In this document: one piece after another, positions 9,949 through 20,900 of the stretch
Numbering within the stretch: position 1 is the stretch's first letter
How the letters are laid out: each line of letters begins with the position of its first letter
DNA from: Rhizomicrobium sp.
GTDB lineage: Bacteria > Pseudomonadota > Alphaproteobacteria > Micropepsales > Micropepsaceae
Assembly: GCA_035543495.1 (NCBI GenBank)
Contig: DATKJT010000045.1
Coordinates: 11,445 to 75,444, forward strand
Direction: 5' to 3'
DNA: 64,000 nt
The notes under the pieces: generated by a model
Seen by the model: the letters and a program-made list of their open reading frames with translations, nothing else
What the model was told of the DNA's origin: nothing
The model's database searches: none
Position numbers and translations under genes: made by a program

Positions 9949-11067
9949 ATGAAGCTCGAAGGCATTCGCGTTCTCGACCTGTCGCAATTCCTGCCGGGGC
10001 CGCATCTCACCATGACGATGGCCGATCACGGCGCGGATGTGATCATGGTCGAACCGAATAACGGCGTGGGCGAACCCGTACGCGCCATGGGCGCGCGCAT
10101 GCCCGATGGTACTGCTGTCTGGTTTCGCAATATCGCGCGCGGCAAACGCAGCATCACGCTCGATCTCAAGAAGGCGGACGATAAAGGGAAATTCCTGAAG
10201 CTCGCGCATGAAGCCGACGTGATCGTGGAAGCCTTCCGTCCCGGCGTCGTCAAGCGTCTGGGCATCGACTATGCCACTATCGCCGCGAAAAATCCGCGCG
10301 TGGTCTATTGCAGCATCAGCGCCTTCGGCCAGAACGGCCCGTATCGCGACAAGCCTTCGCACGATCTGGGCGTGCAAGCCTTGGCGGGCACGCTCGATCT
10401 CTCGCGCGGCCTCGCCGACAACAAGCCCAACATGCCCAATCTGGTCGCTGCCGACATGGCCTCGTCGCTCACCGCGCTGAATGCCATTCTGATGGCGCTG
10501 TTTGCACGCGAGAAAACCGGCAAAGGCGATTACATCGACATCGCGATGTACGACAGCCTCATCGCCTGGACACCCAACATCACCGGCCCCGTCTTTGCCC
10601 AACACAAAGCGCCGGTCCCACACCAGATGCGCAACTACGGCGGCCAGGCCATGAACCGCATCTACGAAACGAAGGACGGCCAATACATCGTGCTCGCCGG
10701 TTCGGAAGCCAAGTTCAGCGAGAATTTGTTGCGCGCGCTTGGCCGCCTCGATTTCCTCGACATCGCCAAAGGCGAACCCGGGCCAGCGCAAAAACCGCTG
10801 ACCGATTTCTTCACCGATACCTTCAAATCCAAAACCCGCGCCGAATGGGAAGCCTTCCTCGAACCGATAGACCTGTGCTGGGCGCCGGTGCGCTCTCTGA
10901 AAGACGGCTTCGAAGATTCAAACAGCGCCGCGCGTCAGATGCTGCTACGCGACGGCGAGGGCAACCCTCACATCGGCCCTGCGATCAAATTCGAAAACGA
11001 TCCGGCAAAACCCCAATTCGATCTACCTGACTACGGCAGATCAGAAACTATTTGGCGGCCACGCTAA
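9949..11067 (+). CDS. CaiB/BaiF family III CoA-transferase
   Basis: LDLSQFLPGP, RGKRSITLDLK, EAFRPGV, SHDLGVQA catalytic Asp. Confidence 0.9.
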   Translation: MKLEGIRVLDLSQFLPGPHLTMTMADHGADVIMVEPNNGVGEPVRAMGARMPDGTAVWFRNIARGKRSITLDLKKADDKGKFLKLAHEADVIVEAFRPGVVKRLGIDYATIAAKNPRVVYCSISAFGQNGPYRDKPSHDLGVQALAGTLDLSRGLADNKPNMPNLVAADMASSLTALNAILMALFAREKTGKGDYIDIAMYDSLIAWTPNITGPVFAQHKAPVPHQMRNYGGQAMNRIYETKDGQYIVLAGSEAKFSENLLRALGRLDFLDIAKGEPGPAQKPLTDFFTDTFKSKTRAEWEAFLEPIDLCWAPVRSLKDGFEDSNSAARQMLLRDGEGNPHIGPAIKFENDPAKPQFDLPDYGRSETIWRPR

Positions 11068-11204
11068 ACTTACCTCCCCCAACGCGGGGAGGTCGACGGC
11101 GCGCGCAAGCGCGACGGCGGGTGGGGCTCTCCAGCGAGCCTCGCTGAACCCCACCCGGTCGCGTGCCGTTGCACGCGCCCGACCTCCCCAAAGGGGAGGT
11201 AAGT
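11068..11204. repeat. Palindromic repeat element (REP/MITE-like), copy A, full
   Basis: Terminal inverted repeats ACTTACCTCCCC...GGGGAGGTAAGT; fills the whole gap between two convergent stop codons; near reverse complement of 34770-34904. Confidence 0.9.
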
Positions 11205-11205
11205 G

Positions 11206-11916
11206 TTAGACGCGCTTCGCCAAACAAGCCCAATCCCAAGGCCGCTTCTTCGCACGTGAAGGCGTCTCGCGCATCCCTTCCTTGGCCCAGGGATAGTAGA
11301 TCTTCGCAATCCGCTCGACCGCGAACCCTTCATCGCTCATCAAGCGTCTCAATTCCTCGCGCGCGAAGTGCTTCTGATAAGCACCATCGCGTTCCACCAC
11401 GCCATCATCGTGCTCAAGCGGCGTCTTGTTCTTCTTCCGCGCCTGATATTCCAGCTCCACCATCTCCTCGGATTCGATCGACGGCACCACGAGCAGCGCA
11501 TATCCGCCGCGTTTGGTGACGCCCGCGATGCTGCGCCATTGCGCCGCCCGCCGCGCCGTCGAATGCGACGTGATAACATTCATGCACACCGTCAAATCCC
11601 CGCACCGCCCGATCACGCGCGAGGCCCGCTCGATCCCCATCGTCCGCCACGTCACGCCGCGCACGTCCGCACAGCGCTTCTTGGCCCGCGCAATGGTGCG
11701 CGAGGCATATTCCACGCCCTCGATCCGCGAGAACTTTTCGCCGTAACGCAGAATAAACGTCCCGATCCCACACCCCATATCGACCAAGGTTGCGTTCTTC
11801 GGCAACCGCACGCGCGCAACAAGCCGGTGCAACTGATTGTCGGTCTCTTCGCGCGTGATATCGCACACGTTCTTCTCGAACGTGTGAGCGTGCTTGTTCC
11901 ATTCCTTGCGATTCAT
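11206..11916 (-). CDS. Class I SAM-dependent methyltransferase
   Basis: LVDMGCGIG motif I, followed by GVEY. Confidence 0.75.
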   Translation of the reverse strand: MNRKEWNKHAHTFEKNVCDITREETDNQLHRLVARVRLPKNATLVDMGCGIGTFILRYGEKFSRIEGVEYASRTIARAKKRCADVRGVTWRTMGIERASRVIGRCGDLTVCMNVITSHSTARRAAQWRSIAGVTKRGGYALLVVPSIESEEMVELEYQARKKNKTPLEHDDGVVERDGAYQKHFAREELRRLMSDEGFAVERIAKIYYPWAKEGMRETPSRAKKRPWDWACLAKRV

Positions 11917-11950
11917 GGGCCGTGATTAGCCCATGATTCGGCCCACCGCA

Positions 11951-12838
11951 TCAAACCGCGCGCTTGGCCTTGTCTTTCTCGTTAGACCCGCGGATTTCGT
12001 TGCGGATCATTTCCCATTCCGCATCGCCCAGCGTCGAAAGCTGCGCGAAATTCCCGCCCGCCGCCAGATGCAACGCGCCGTCGATGGCAATCGTCTGTCC
12101 GGTGAGATAATCGCATCCATCCGACATCAAAAACACCGCAAGGTTCGCAAGCTCCGGCATCTCGCCGTTGCGCCCCATCGGAATCGTGTTGCGCGACTCC
12201 CCGCGATTGGCAGATTGCGGACTCAACCGGTCCCAAGCGCCTTTCGTCGGAAACGGCCCCGGCGCAATCGCGTTCAAACGAATGCCGTTCGGCCCCCATT
12301 CCGTCGCCAGCGATTTGGTCATGATGTTCAACCCCGCCTTCGACATCGCAGACGGCACGGTGAACGGCCCGCCGTTCCATATCCATGTCGTCAAAATCGA
12401 AATCACGCTCGCCTTGTGGCCGCCCTCGATCCAGCGTTTCCCGCACGCCAGCGTCACGTAAAAGCTGCCGCGAAACACGATGTCGGCAATCGCATTGAAC
12501 CCGCGCGGCGAAAGATCCTTCGTGCGCGAGATGAAATTCCCCGCTGCGTTGTTCACAAGGCCGGTCAGCGCGCCGCCATCGGCCCAAACCTGCGCCACCA
12601 TGTCGTCCACGGCCTCGGCCACGCGGATATCGCAGGCGATCCCCTTCACCATCGATCCGGTCGCGTCCGAAATCCGCTTCGCCGTTTCGTCGAGCACGCT
12701 CGCCCGCCGCCCGCAGATGTAAACGGTCGCGCCAAGCTGCGCATAAGCCTCGCTCATCACCTCGCCGAGCCCGGTTCCGCCCCCGGTCACGAGGATGCGC
12801 TTGCCCTTCAAAATCCCGTCCCTGAACATCAAATCCAC
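11951..12838 (-). CDS. SDR oxidoreductase, 2,4-dienoyl-CoA reductase-like
   Basis: TGGGTGLG, NNAAGNF, SAMSKAG, NAIAPGP; GGAGG upstream of GTG 12838 (alternative ATG 12829). Confidence 0.85.
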   Translation of the reverse strand: MDLMFRDGILKGKRILVTGGGTGLGEVMSEAYAQLGATVYICGRRASVLDETAKRISDATGSMVKGIACDIRVAEAVDDMVAQVWADGGALTGLVNNAAGNFISRTKDLSPRGFNAIADIVFRGSFYVTLACGKRWIEGGHKASVISILTTWIWNGGPFTVPSAMSKAGLNIMTKSLATEWGPNGIRLNAIAPGPFPTKGAWDRLSPQSANRGESRNTIPMGRNGEMPELANLAVFLMSDGCDYLTGQTIAIDGALHLAAGGNFAQLSTLGDAEWEMIRNEIRGSNEKDKAKRAV

Positions 12839-12936
12839 GGCGTTCCTCCAACAATTGTTCCCGCTCATTAGGGCATGGCGGCGCACCTCGCGAAAGAGGT
12901 TTTCGTTTTGTTCCCGTGCCGCTATCGTGCCCGCCC

Positions 12937-15414
12937 ATGAACCTCCTGGCCAAAATCGATAGCCCGCTGCCGCCGGTTTTCGCCGATTGGTTCGCCGCCA
13001 AAGGCTGGTCGCCACGCGCCCACCAGCTTGCCCTGATCGAACTCGCGCAGGCCGGGGAAAGCGTGCTGCTCGTCGCCCCCACCGGCGGCGGCAAAACCTT
13101 GGCCGGCTTCCTCCCCAGCCTGATCGACCTCGCGGGCACGCACCCGCGCAGCCGCGCCCGCGCCGTTCACACGCTCTACATCTCGCCACTGAAAGCGCTG
13201 GCGGTGGACGTCGCCCGCAATCTCGAAACGCCCGCCGCCGAGATGGGCCTCAACATCCGCATCGAAACCCGCACCGGCGACACGCCCACATCGCGCCGCC
13301 AACGGCAGAAGCATCTGCCACCAGACATTCTTCTCACGACTCCCGAACAACTCTCTCTGCTGCTGTCGTCGAAAGACGCCCCGCGCTTCTTCGCCAAAGT
13401 CCAAGCCGTGGTGCTGGACGAATTGCACGCGCTCTACAATTCCAAGCGCGGCGATCTCCTCGCGCTCGCGCTCTCGCGCCTCACGACGCTGGCCCCGCAG
13501 CATCGTCGCATTGGCCTCTCCGCCACGGTAAAAGATCCCGCACCTCTGCAACGCTTCCTCGTCCCCCAATCGCCGGATCGCGAAAATCTTTCCGCGCTGG
13601 TCATGGGGCAGGGCGGCGCCAAACCGCAAATCGATATCCTCGCCTCCGATGCCTACGTTCCGTGGGCCGGACACCTCGCGCACCATTCGATGCCGGAGGT
13701 GATGGAGGAGATCAAAAAATCCGTCACCACGCTCGTCTTCGTCAACACCCGCAGCCAGGCCGAACGCACCTTTCAGGAATTGTGGAAGCTCAACGAAGAA
13801 AATCTCGCCATCGCGCTTCACCACGGCTCGCTCGCCCCCGAACAACGCCGAAAGGTCGAAGCCGCCATGACCAAGGGCGCGTTGCGCGCCGTGGTCTGCA
13901 CCTCAACCCTCGATCTCGGCATAGATTGGGGCGCCGTCGACAAAGTTATCTGCATCGGTGCCCCCAAAGGTGCCGCCCGTCTGGTTCAGCGCATCGGCCG
14001 CGCCAATCACAGGCTCGATGAACCTTCGGAAGCGCTGCTCGTCCCCGCCAACCGCTTCGAAGTGCTGGAATGCGAAGCCGCGCGCGATGCCGTCATGGCG
14101 GGCGAACTGGATGGCGAGCGTTTGAAGACGGGCAGCCTCGATGTGCTCACACAACACATTCTCTGCATGGCCGTTTCCGCGCCCTTCTATGCCGACGCGC
14201 TGTACAAGGAAATCGTCACCGCCTCTCCCTACGCCGATCTCAGCCGCAAGGATTTCGACGACGCTGTGGATTTCGTCGCCACCGGCGGCTACGCGCTGAA
14301 AACCTACGAACGCTACGCCCGCCTGCGCAAAACGCCCGAAGGCTTGTGGCGGATCGCAAGCCCGCGCGTCGCCCAGCAATACCGCCTCAACGCGGGTGTC
14401 ATCGTCGAAGACCCGATGCTGGACGTCCGCCTGCAAGGCAAAGGCAGGCCCGTGGGTGCCGGCGGCCGCGTGCTGGGCAAGATGGAAGAGTATTTCCTCG
14501 AAAGCCTTGCCCCCGGCGACACCTTCATCTTCTCCGGTCAGGTCTTGCGCTTCGAAGGCATCCGCGAAACCGCCGCTTACGTCACCCGCACCAACGATCC
14601 CGAAGCGCAAATCCCGTCCTACAATGGCGGCAAGTTCCCGCTCTCTACATTCCTCGCGGGCCGCGTGCGCGAAATGATCGCCCATCCGGAGCAATGGAAA
14701 GTCCTGCCCGATCCCGTCGGCGAATGGCTGCGCATTCAGGAAGTCCGTTCGATCCTGCCAAAACCCGGCCAGCTTCTGGTCGAAACCTTCCCGCGCGGTT
14801 CAAAGGAATATCTCGTCTGCTATCCTTTCGAAGGCCGGCTCGCGCATCAAACGCTCGGCATGCTCATCACGCGGCGTCTCGAACGCCTGCGCAAACGCCC
14901 GCTCGGTTTCGTCGCCAACGAATATGCACTCGCCGTTTGGGCGCTGAGCGATATGGGCGGCCTGAACATGGATCGCCTGTTCGATGAAGACATGCTGGGA
15001 GACGATCTGGACGCCTGGCTCGCCGAATCGGCGCTCTACAAACGCACCTTCCGCAACTGCGCCATCATTTCCGGCCTGATCGAACGCAAAACCATCAACG
15101 CCGAAAAAACCGGCCGCCAGGTGAATTTTTCCTCCGATCTGATCTACGATGTCTTGCGCGCGCACGAGCCCGACCACATTCTCCTGCGCGCGACCTATGG
15201 GGATGCCGCTTCGGGGCTTCTCGATATCACGCGGCTGGCCGAGATGCTGAAACGGATCAAGGGCCAGATCGTGGTGCGGAACCTGGAGCGCGTGTCGCCG
15301 CTCGCGGTTCCGGCATTGCTGGAAATCAGCAAGGAAATGGTGGCGGGCGAAGCCCGCGACGAGTTGTTGCGTGAAACCGAAGAAGCTCTCGTTAGGGATG
15401 CCATGCGTGTTTGA
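12937..15414 (+). CDS. lhr: Ligase-associated DNA damage response DEXH helicase (Lhr-core)
   Basis: APTGGGKT, ISPLKAL, TTPE, DELH, HHGSL, TSTLDLGID, QRIGRANH. Confidence 0.92.
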   Translation: MNLLAKIDSPLPPVFADWFAAKGWSPRAHQLALIELAQAGESVLLVAPTGGGKTLAGFLPSLIDLAGTHPRSRARAVHTLYISPLKALAVDVARNLETPAAEMGLNIRIETRTGDTPTSRRQRQKHLPPDILLTTPEQLSLLLSSKDAPRFFAKVQAVVLDELHALYNSKRGDLLALALSRLTTLAPQHRRIGLSATVKDPAPLQRFLVPQSPDRENLSALVMGQGGAKPQIDILASDAYVPWAGHLAHHSMPEVMEEIKKSVTTLVFVNTRSQAERTFQELWKLNEENLAIALHHGSLAPEQRRKVEAAMTKGALRAVVCTSTLDLGIDWGAVDKVICIGAPKGAARLVQRIGRANHRLDEPSEALLVPANRFEVLECEAARDAVMAGELDGERLKTGSLDVLTQHILCMAVSAPFYADALYKEIVTASPYADLSRKDFDDAVDFVATGGYALKTYERYARLRKTPEGLWRIASPRVAQQYRLNAGVIVEDPMLDVRLQGKGRPVGAGGRVLGKMEEYFLESLAPGDTFIFSGQVLRFEGIRETAAYVTRTNDPEAQIPSYNGGKFPLSTFLAGRVREMIAHPEQWKVLPDPVGEWLRIQEVRSILPKPGQLLVETFPRGSKEYLVCYPFEGRLAHQTLGMLITRRLERLRKRPLGFVANEYALAVWALSDMGGLNMDRLFDEDMLGDDLDAWLAESALYKRTFRNCAIISGLIERKTINAEKTGRQVNFSSDLIYDVLRAHEPDHILLRATYGDAASGLLDITRLAEMLKRIKGQIVVRNLERVSPLAVPALLEISKEMVAGEARDELLRETEEALVRDAMRV

Positions 15415-15434
15415 GGTTGGGCGTGTATGAACCG

Positions 15435-16163
15435 ATGCGTATTATCGTAAATCGTGAAACGCTTTTGCTGGATGCACTCGGCGCCGCCTTCTGGCCCGCC
15501 GAAGCCACGCTGATCGTTTCCGATCTCCATTTCGAAAAAGGTTCCTCCTTCGCGCGCAAGGGCCAGATGCTGCCGCCCTACGATACGATGACGACGCTCG
15601 CCCACATCGCCGATCTGTTCGCGCGCCACAAACCAAAACGCGTCATCGCGCTGGGCGACTCCTTCCACGACGGCGAAGGCCCCGACCGCCTGCCCGATGC
15701 CGCGCGCGACAGGCTGTCGAATTTCATGTCCCGCGCCGAATGGATCTGGATCGAAGGCAACCACGACCCGGATGTTCCCGCCTGGCTCGGCGGCAAAGCC
15801 ACCTGCGAAATCGCCATCGGCGGCCTCGTCTTCCGTCATGAACCGCGTGCGGATACGGCGGGCGAAATCGCGGGCCATCTTCATCCGTGCGCCACCGTCA
15901 CACGCCGCGGCCATTCCATGCGGCGCCGCTGTTTCGTGAGCGACGGCGTGCGCCTCGTCATGCCCGCTTTCGGTGCCTATACCGGCGGCCTCAACGTGCG
16001 CGATCCCGCGTTTCAATCGCTGTTTGGAACGTCCTATCTCGCTTATGCGCTCGGCGGCCGCCGCGTCTATGCGGTGGCGGGCGATCCTCAGCTGATGCGC
16101 CGGAACAGCGTGGACGACAGCCACCCCAGCATGGTCGCCATCAATACGGTGGAAACGCCGTAA
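15435..16163 (+). CDS. pdeM: Ligase-associated metallophosphoesterase/endonuclease PdeM
   Basis: SDLHFEK, LGDSFHD, GNHD, GHLHP, MPAFGAYTGGLN; directly after Lhr. Confidence 0.9.
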   Translation: MRIIVNRETLLLDALGAAFWPAEATLIVSDLHFEKGSSFARKGQMLPPYDTMTTLAHIADLFARHKPKRVIALGDSFHDGEGPDRLPDAARDRLSNFMSRAEWIWIEGNHDPDVPAWLGGKATCEIAIGGLVFRHEPRADTAGEIAGHLHPCATVTRRGHSMRRRCFVSDGVRLVMPAFGAYTGGLNVRDPAFQSLFGTSYLAYALGGRRVYAVAGDPQLMRRNSVDDSHPSMVAINTVETP

Positions 16164-16915
16164 GCCAGCGGCGATTGGTGCGCGAAATTGAACAGCCGCC
16201 GCTCCAGCCCCGTTTGATCCACATAAAGCGGCGTCGATTGCGCGCTGATCACATTGCCGTCGCGGAACAGATAGACCTGCACGTTATATTGCCCACGCGG
16301 CACATCCGCCGGAACCGGCACGCGTGCGCGAAACAGCGTAGGGCTTAAAAACTCCACACCGCCCGCATTCTCGTTATAAAGCCCGTCGATCAATTTGTGC
16401 CGCACCAGCGCCTCGCGATACGGCTCGGCAATTTCCGGTGTGCGCGCGCTCGTCGAACGCGGCGAAACCTCATCCAACCCCAACTCGTATCGCTTCAGCG
16501 TTTCGACCGGCGCAATCGCCGAAAGCGGCCGCGTGCTCGCGACATAGTAGTAAGACGGGATGCTGTGCATCTCGACGCCGTGGTTGTTCAGCCAGATGCC
16601 CGCCACCCGCTCCTTCTTGCGCACAATCATGTCGCCATCGGGCCCGCGCACCGCGACCACAATGTCCATCGGCCCCGCCGCCGTCATCACATTCATGTTC
16701 TCGATGGCCCCGAACGCCACGATGTCGGTGCCGGTGTAATTCGACGTGATCTGAATGATGTCCTGCGAAAGCCCCGCCACAAGATCGTCGGCTTGTGCCG
16801 AAGCAGTACAAAGCGATAGTGAAAGCGCCAGCAGCAGTGCTCCTTTCTTACCTCCCCCTCGCGGGGAGGTCGGGCGCTTGCATCGGCAAGCGACCGGGTG
16901 GGGGGCGCTTCTCAT
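16088..16915 (-). CDS. TIGR02186 family membrane protein
   Basis: Signal peptide then DLVAGLSQ..I.ITSNYTG, DIVVAVRGP, RKKERVAGIWLN, LFRA, C-terminal TM; ATGA overlap with the TauE gene, its usual partner. Confidence 0.85.
   Translation of the reverse strand: MRSAPHPVACRCKRPTSPRGGGKKGALLLALSLSLCTASAQADDLVAGLSQDIIQITSNYTGTDIVAFGAIENMNVMTAAGPMDIVVAVRGPDGDMIVRKKERVAGIWLNNHGVEMHSIPSYYYVASTRPLSAIAPVETLKRYELGLDEVSPRSTSARTPEIAEPYREALVRHKLIDGLYNENAGGVEFLSPTLFRARVPVPADVPRGQYNVQVYLFRDGNVISAQSTPLYVDQTGLERRLFNFAHQSPLAYGVSTVLMATMLGWLSSTLFRRIS
16847..16906. repeat. Palindromic repeat element, copy B, half element inside a CDS
   Basis: CTTACCTCCCCCTCGCGGGGAGGTCGGGCGCTTGCATCGGCAAGCGACCGGGTGGGGGGC matches the left arm of 34770-34904; 60 bp, in frame. 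Confidence 0.9.
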
Positions 16916-17829
16916 GACGCATCCACCACGCTGAACGGATCGCCCGGCGAAACGAGCAACCCGTAAAGCAATCGCGCGCCCACCGCCAACACCAGCACCG
17001 CCAGCCAGAACCGCAATTGCTCGCCGCGCATCCGCGATGCCGCACGCAATCCGAACTGCGCGCCGATCACGCCGCCGGAAATCAGGATGCCCGCCAGAAC
17101 GATGTCGACAGTGAAATCGCTCACCGAATGCAGAATGGTGCTCGCCGCCGTCACGAACACGATCTGCAACAGCGATGTCCCCATCACGATGTTCGCCGGC
17201 ACCCGCACGAGATAGATCAGCGCCGGTACCAGAAGAAATCCCCCGCCGATACCCATGATGGCCGACAGCACGCCGATGCTGAACCCGATCAGCACCGGCG
17301 GTATCACGCTGATGTAAAGCCGCGAGTCCCGGAACCGCACTTTGAATGGCAATCCATGAATCCAGTTGTGATGCTGTGCGCGTGCGGATGGCGTGGGTTC
17401 CCCTCGCCGCTGCGCTGCCAGCGCTTCCAGCGACTCCCGCAGCATCAACGTCCCGATGGTGCCGAGCAGTATCACGTAGGATGCCGAAACGATCAGCTCC
17501 ATCTGTCCCGCTGCGCGCAACACGCCGAACAGCCACACGCCGGCGCCCGTGCCCACAATGCCGCTCGCCGTCATGATCGCGCCGAGTTTCAGGTCCACCG
17601 CCCGGTTGCGCCATTGGGTGATCGCCCCCGACATCGATGATGCCGTCACGTGGCTTGCGGTGGTGGCCACCGCCACGCCCGATGGAATGCCATAGAACAT
17701 CAGAAGCGGCGTCAGCAGAAATCCGCCGCCCACGCCAAACATGCCCGAAAGAAATCCCACCGCGCCGCCGATGGCGAACAGAAGCAGCCAGTGAACCGAC
17801 ATTTCGGCGATCGGCAGATAGATTTCCAT
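16912..17829 (-). CDS. Sulfite exporter TauE/SafE (TSUP) family protein
   Basis: MEIYLPIAE start, GMFGVGGGFLLTP and GIGGGFLLVP repeats, GTSL. Confidence 0.9.
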   Translation of the reverse strand: MEIYLPIAEMSVHWLLLFAIGGAVGFLSGMFGVGGGFLLTPLLMFYGIPSGVAVATTASHVTASSMSGAITQWRNRAVDLKLGAIMTASGIVGTGAGVWLFGVLRAAGQMELIVSASYVILLGTIGTLMLRESLEALAAQRRGEPTPSARAQHHNWIHGLPFKVRFRDSRLYISVIPPVLIGFSIGVLSAIMGIGGGFLLVPALIYLVRVPANIVMGTSLLQIVFVTAASTILHSVSDFTVDIVLAGILISGGVIGAQFGLRAASRMRGEQLRFWLAVLVLAVGARLLYGLLVSPGDPFSVVDAS

Positions 17830-17939
17830 GAGCCCGGAAAACGAACCAGATTGCTTGGTTCGCAACCATGTCATGGCCGCGCGCGACGGGCCACCCGGTA
17901 TCGCTGAAAATCGCTATGGGCTGTGGGATAGCGGCTTGA

Positions 17940-20900
17940 TTATCCGCGACCCGGCGTCTCCGGCGGCACGTTGGCCGCGCGATTGATCGGTTCGGGCCGG
18001 AACGTATCGGCGGCCTTCTGCGCCGCATCGTGATCTGCGGGCGAAAGCTGCGTGGCCAATGCCGCCACGCGTGCCTTCGATTCATTGTCGCCCTGCGAAG
18101 CGGCGATCGCATACCATTTGTACGCTTCCGTCAGGCTTTGCGGCACGCCGAGCCCACGCTCATAAAGCACTGCAAGATTGAACTGTGAATCTGCGAGTCC
18201 CAGCGTCGCCGCCCGCCCGAACCAGCGCGCAGCCTCCGCATAATTCTTTGCAGAACCCGTACCTTCGGCATATGCCACGGCCAGATTGTGCATCGCCTTG
18301 CGATTGCCCTGACGGGCTGCCGCTTCATACCAATGCAGGGCCTTGGCCGCATCGGTCGCCACGCCGTGACCGCGTTCGTAGAGTGTGCCCAGACGGAACT
18401 GTGCAATCGGCTCGCCCTGATCCGCCGCCCGCTGCAGCCATTTCGCCGCCACGGCTTCGTCAACGGTCACGCCGTCGCCATCGAGATACTTCAAGCCGAG
18501 CAGCAACTGGGCTTTCGAATTGCCCCCATTGGCGAGCACAGTAAGCCGGTCGCCGGTACCGGCAGACGCTTCGGGCTTCTCTGTCTTCGGTGCTGTGGTT
18601 GGCGTCTTCGGCGGAAGCACCATCGCGTTCGGCTTCGGCTCGCTCTGCGTCGGAGCAACCGAAGGCCTCACCGGAAGTGGTTTCGTTGTCGCCGGAACGG
18701 TTTGCGCCGCCGGAGCCGTCTGCAAAATCTTGTGGCTGCCAAGCCGCTGGCTCAGCATCACGCCAAGTCCGATCGCCAGAATGGCGACGAGCGCAATCCC
18801 GCCAATCAACACCACGCGGGAGCGGGGCTGTTCTTCGCGTGCTTCCGGTTCTTCGCGGCGCGCGCCCCAGGTGAAACCGCCCAATGTCGTCGGCACGGGC
18901 TCGTCCGGAATGGCCGTCACCACGGCCGAACGCCGTGCGGCACTTAGGAATTCCTCGTCTTCCCGCGCAGCCGCAAATCCATCCGCTGCAAGCGGGCGTT
19001 CCTCGCGGAAAATATCGTCGTGATCCGTTTCGGGCGGCGTGAACGCATCCTTGTGGCGTTGCCCGAACGCGCGGTTGATCGCGCTGTCCTTGAACGCCGC
19101 CGCAATCGGTTCATCGAACGGCGGCATATCGAATTGCGGCAACTCGCGGCCGGCCTCGGCTTCGTCTTCCGCCGACAATTCAACAGGCGCTTCTTCCGGT
19201 TCTTCCGGCGCTTCGTCCGCCGGTGCGGCCATCTCGACAGGCGCTTCGGGTTCTTCCAGCGGAGCAGGCGAGGGCGCCACCCCTTCGATCACTTCCAGAC
19301 GGCCGGAGGTATTTTCCACCGTGCGGCGCAACCCGGAAATCGATTCCTGCGTCGTGCGATGAACGTCGTCGATCTTGCCCGAAAGCGCGCGTAACTGTTC
19401 TTCGATGCTCGTGCTCGTCGCCAACGAATGGCGCTCGGCCGCTTCCAGCCGCTCCATCAATTCCTGGATGCTGCGCTCCACGCCGTATACACGGCGGTCC
19501 AGCCCGCCATCCTGGCGGCTTTCGACGCGCGCAAATCCTTCTTCCAGCCGCGCCAGCGCCGAAGCCGATTGAACTTCCTGCCCTGCCACGCGCGCGGAAA
19601 GCTGTTCGATGCTGTCTTCCAGCCGATGCAATTGCTGGTTCAGTTCTCCGTCTCCGGACGCATCTTTTTCCTTGGCCAGATGGCTTTCCAGCGCGCTGAT
19701 GCGGGCATGAACTTCGTTTAGCGCATCTTTCTGTGCCGAATGCGTCTCATCCATCGCGCGCTGTAGTTCTTCGACGGCCGTGCGTTCCGCCGAACCGTCG
19801 GAGATCGCCGCGAAGCGCCCCTCTAGTTCGCCGATGCGGGACTGCACCGTGTCGAGCACCTCTTTGTGCGACGAACGCGTCTCATCCATCGCCCGCTGCA
19901 ATTCTTCCACCGCCGCGCGCTCGGCCGACCCGTCGGAAATTGCCGCAAAATGGCTTTCCAATTCGCCGATCCGCGCCTGCACGGTGTCGAGCACGTCTCT
20001 CTGCGACGAGCGCGTTTCTTCGATCGCCTGCTGCAGCTTTTCGAGCGCAATCTTGCGTTGCGCTTCGCCATCGTCGTCGGAGAACCGCTTCTCCAATTCG
20101 GCGATGCGCGCATGAACTTCGTTGCGCGTGTCGTCTTGCGCGCCGCGAATTTGTTCAATCGCTTGCTGCAATTCGTGGCGCCGCGTGCCGTAACGCGTGT
20201 CCAGCGACTTCAAATTCTGCATGAACTCGTCGCGGATCGCCGCGTGGCGTTCTTCCACGCCCGCAAGCAACACGTCGGAGAAATCGGCATCCGGGCCGCT
20301 GCGTTCTTCCAGCCGCCGTATCGCGCGGTCGGTCGCTTCGCTCTTCACGCGCAGCGTCGTCTCCACCGCCTGCATGCGGTCGTCGAGATAGCTCATGCGC
20401 TGCGTCATCAAGGTGGCGGTCCCGGCCGCTTCCTTGTGCGCTTCGCTCATCTTGGTGACGACGGCTTCCATGGCGCTTGCCAGCACCGAAATCTGCGATG
20501 CCGACTGGTTGGCCGTCTGCGCCACCTGGTCAGCCATGCGGGCAAGCCCGTTCTGCAATCCGTGCACCACATCCCGCGTCGTATCGGTGCTCGCGCGCTG
20601 TTCGATGCGGTCCACCCGCTCGCCCAGCGAAATCACATGCGCGCCCAGCGTGTCGAACGCCTGCATCTGTTCGTGCGAGGCGTGGCTGATTTCCTGCGCC
20701 GCCTGGCTCATCATCTGGCTGTTGTCGGTCTGCGAGCGCTCCGCCGAATCCAGCCGGCGCGCCAGCGAGCGCAGATGATCTTCGATCTTTTTGTAGGCGT
20801 TGCTCGTCTCGGATTCCGTGCGGCTCACGTGGGCCAGCATGTCTTGCGATTCTTTGGGGGTCGCTGCCATGACGGGCTCCTCAGCAGGGCGCGTGGCCGG

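Noticed and set aside
16088-18112. 674-aa ORF as a TauE-TIGR02186 fusion or frameshift
   Set aside because: Its upstream part is an off-frame overlay of tauE; two separate genes with an ATGA junction explain it
19690-20170. 135-bp tandem repeat as a non-coding array
   Set aside because: It is in frame within PodJ and varies mostly at synonymous or conservative positions
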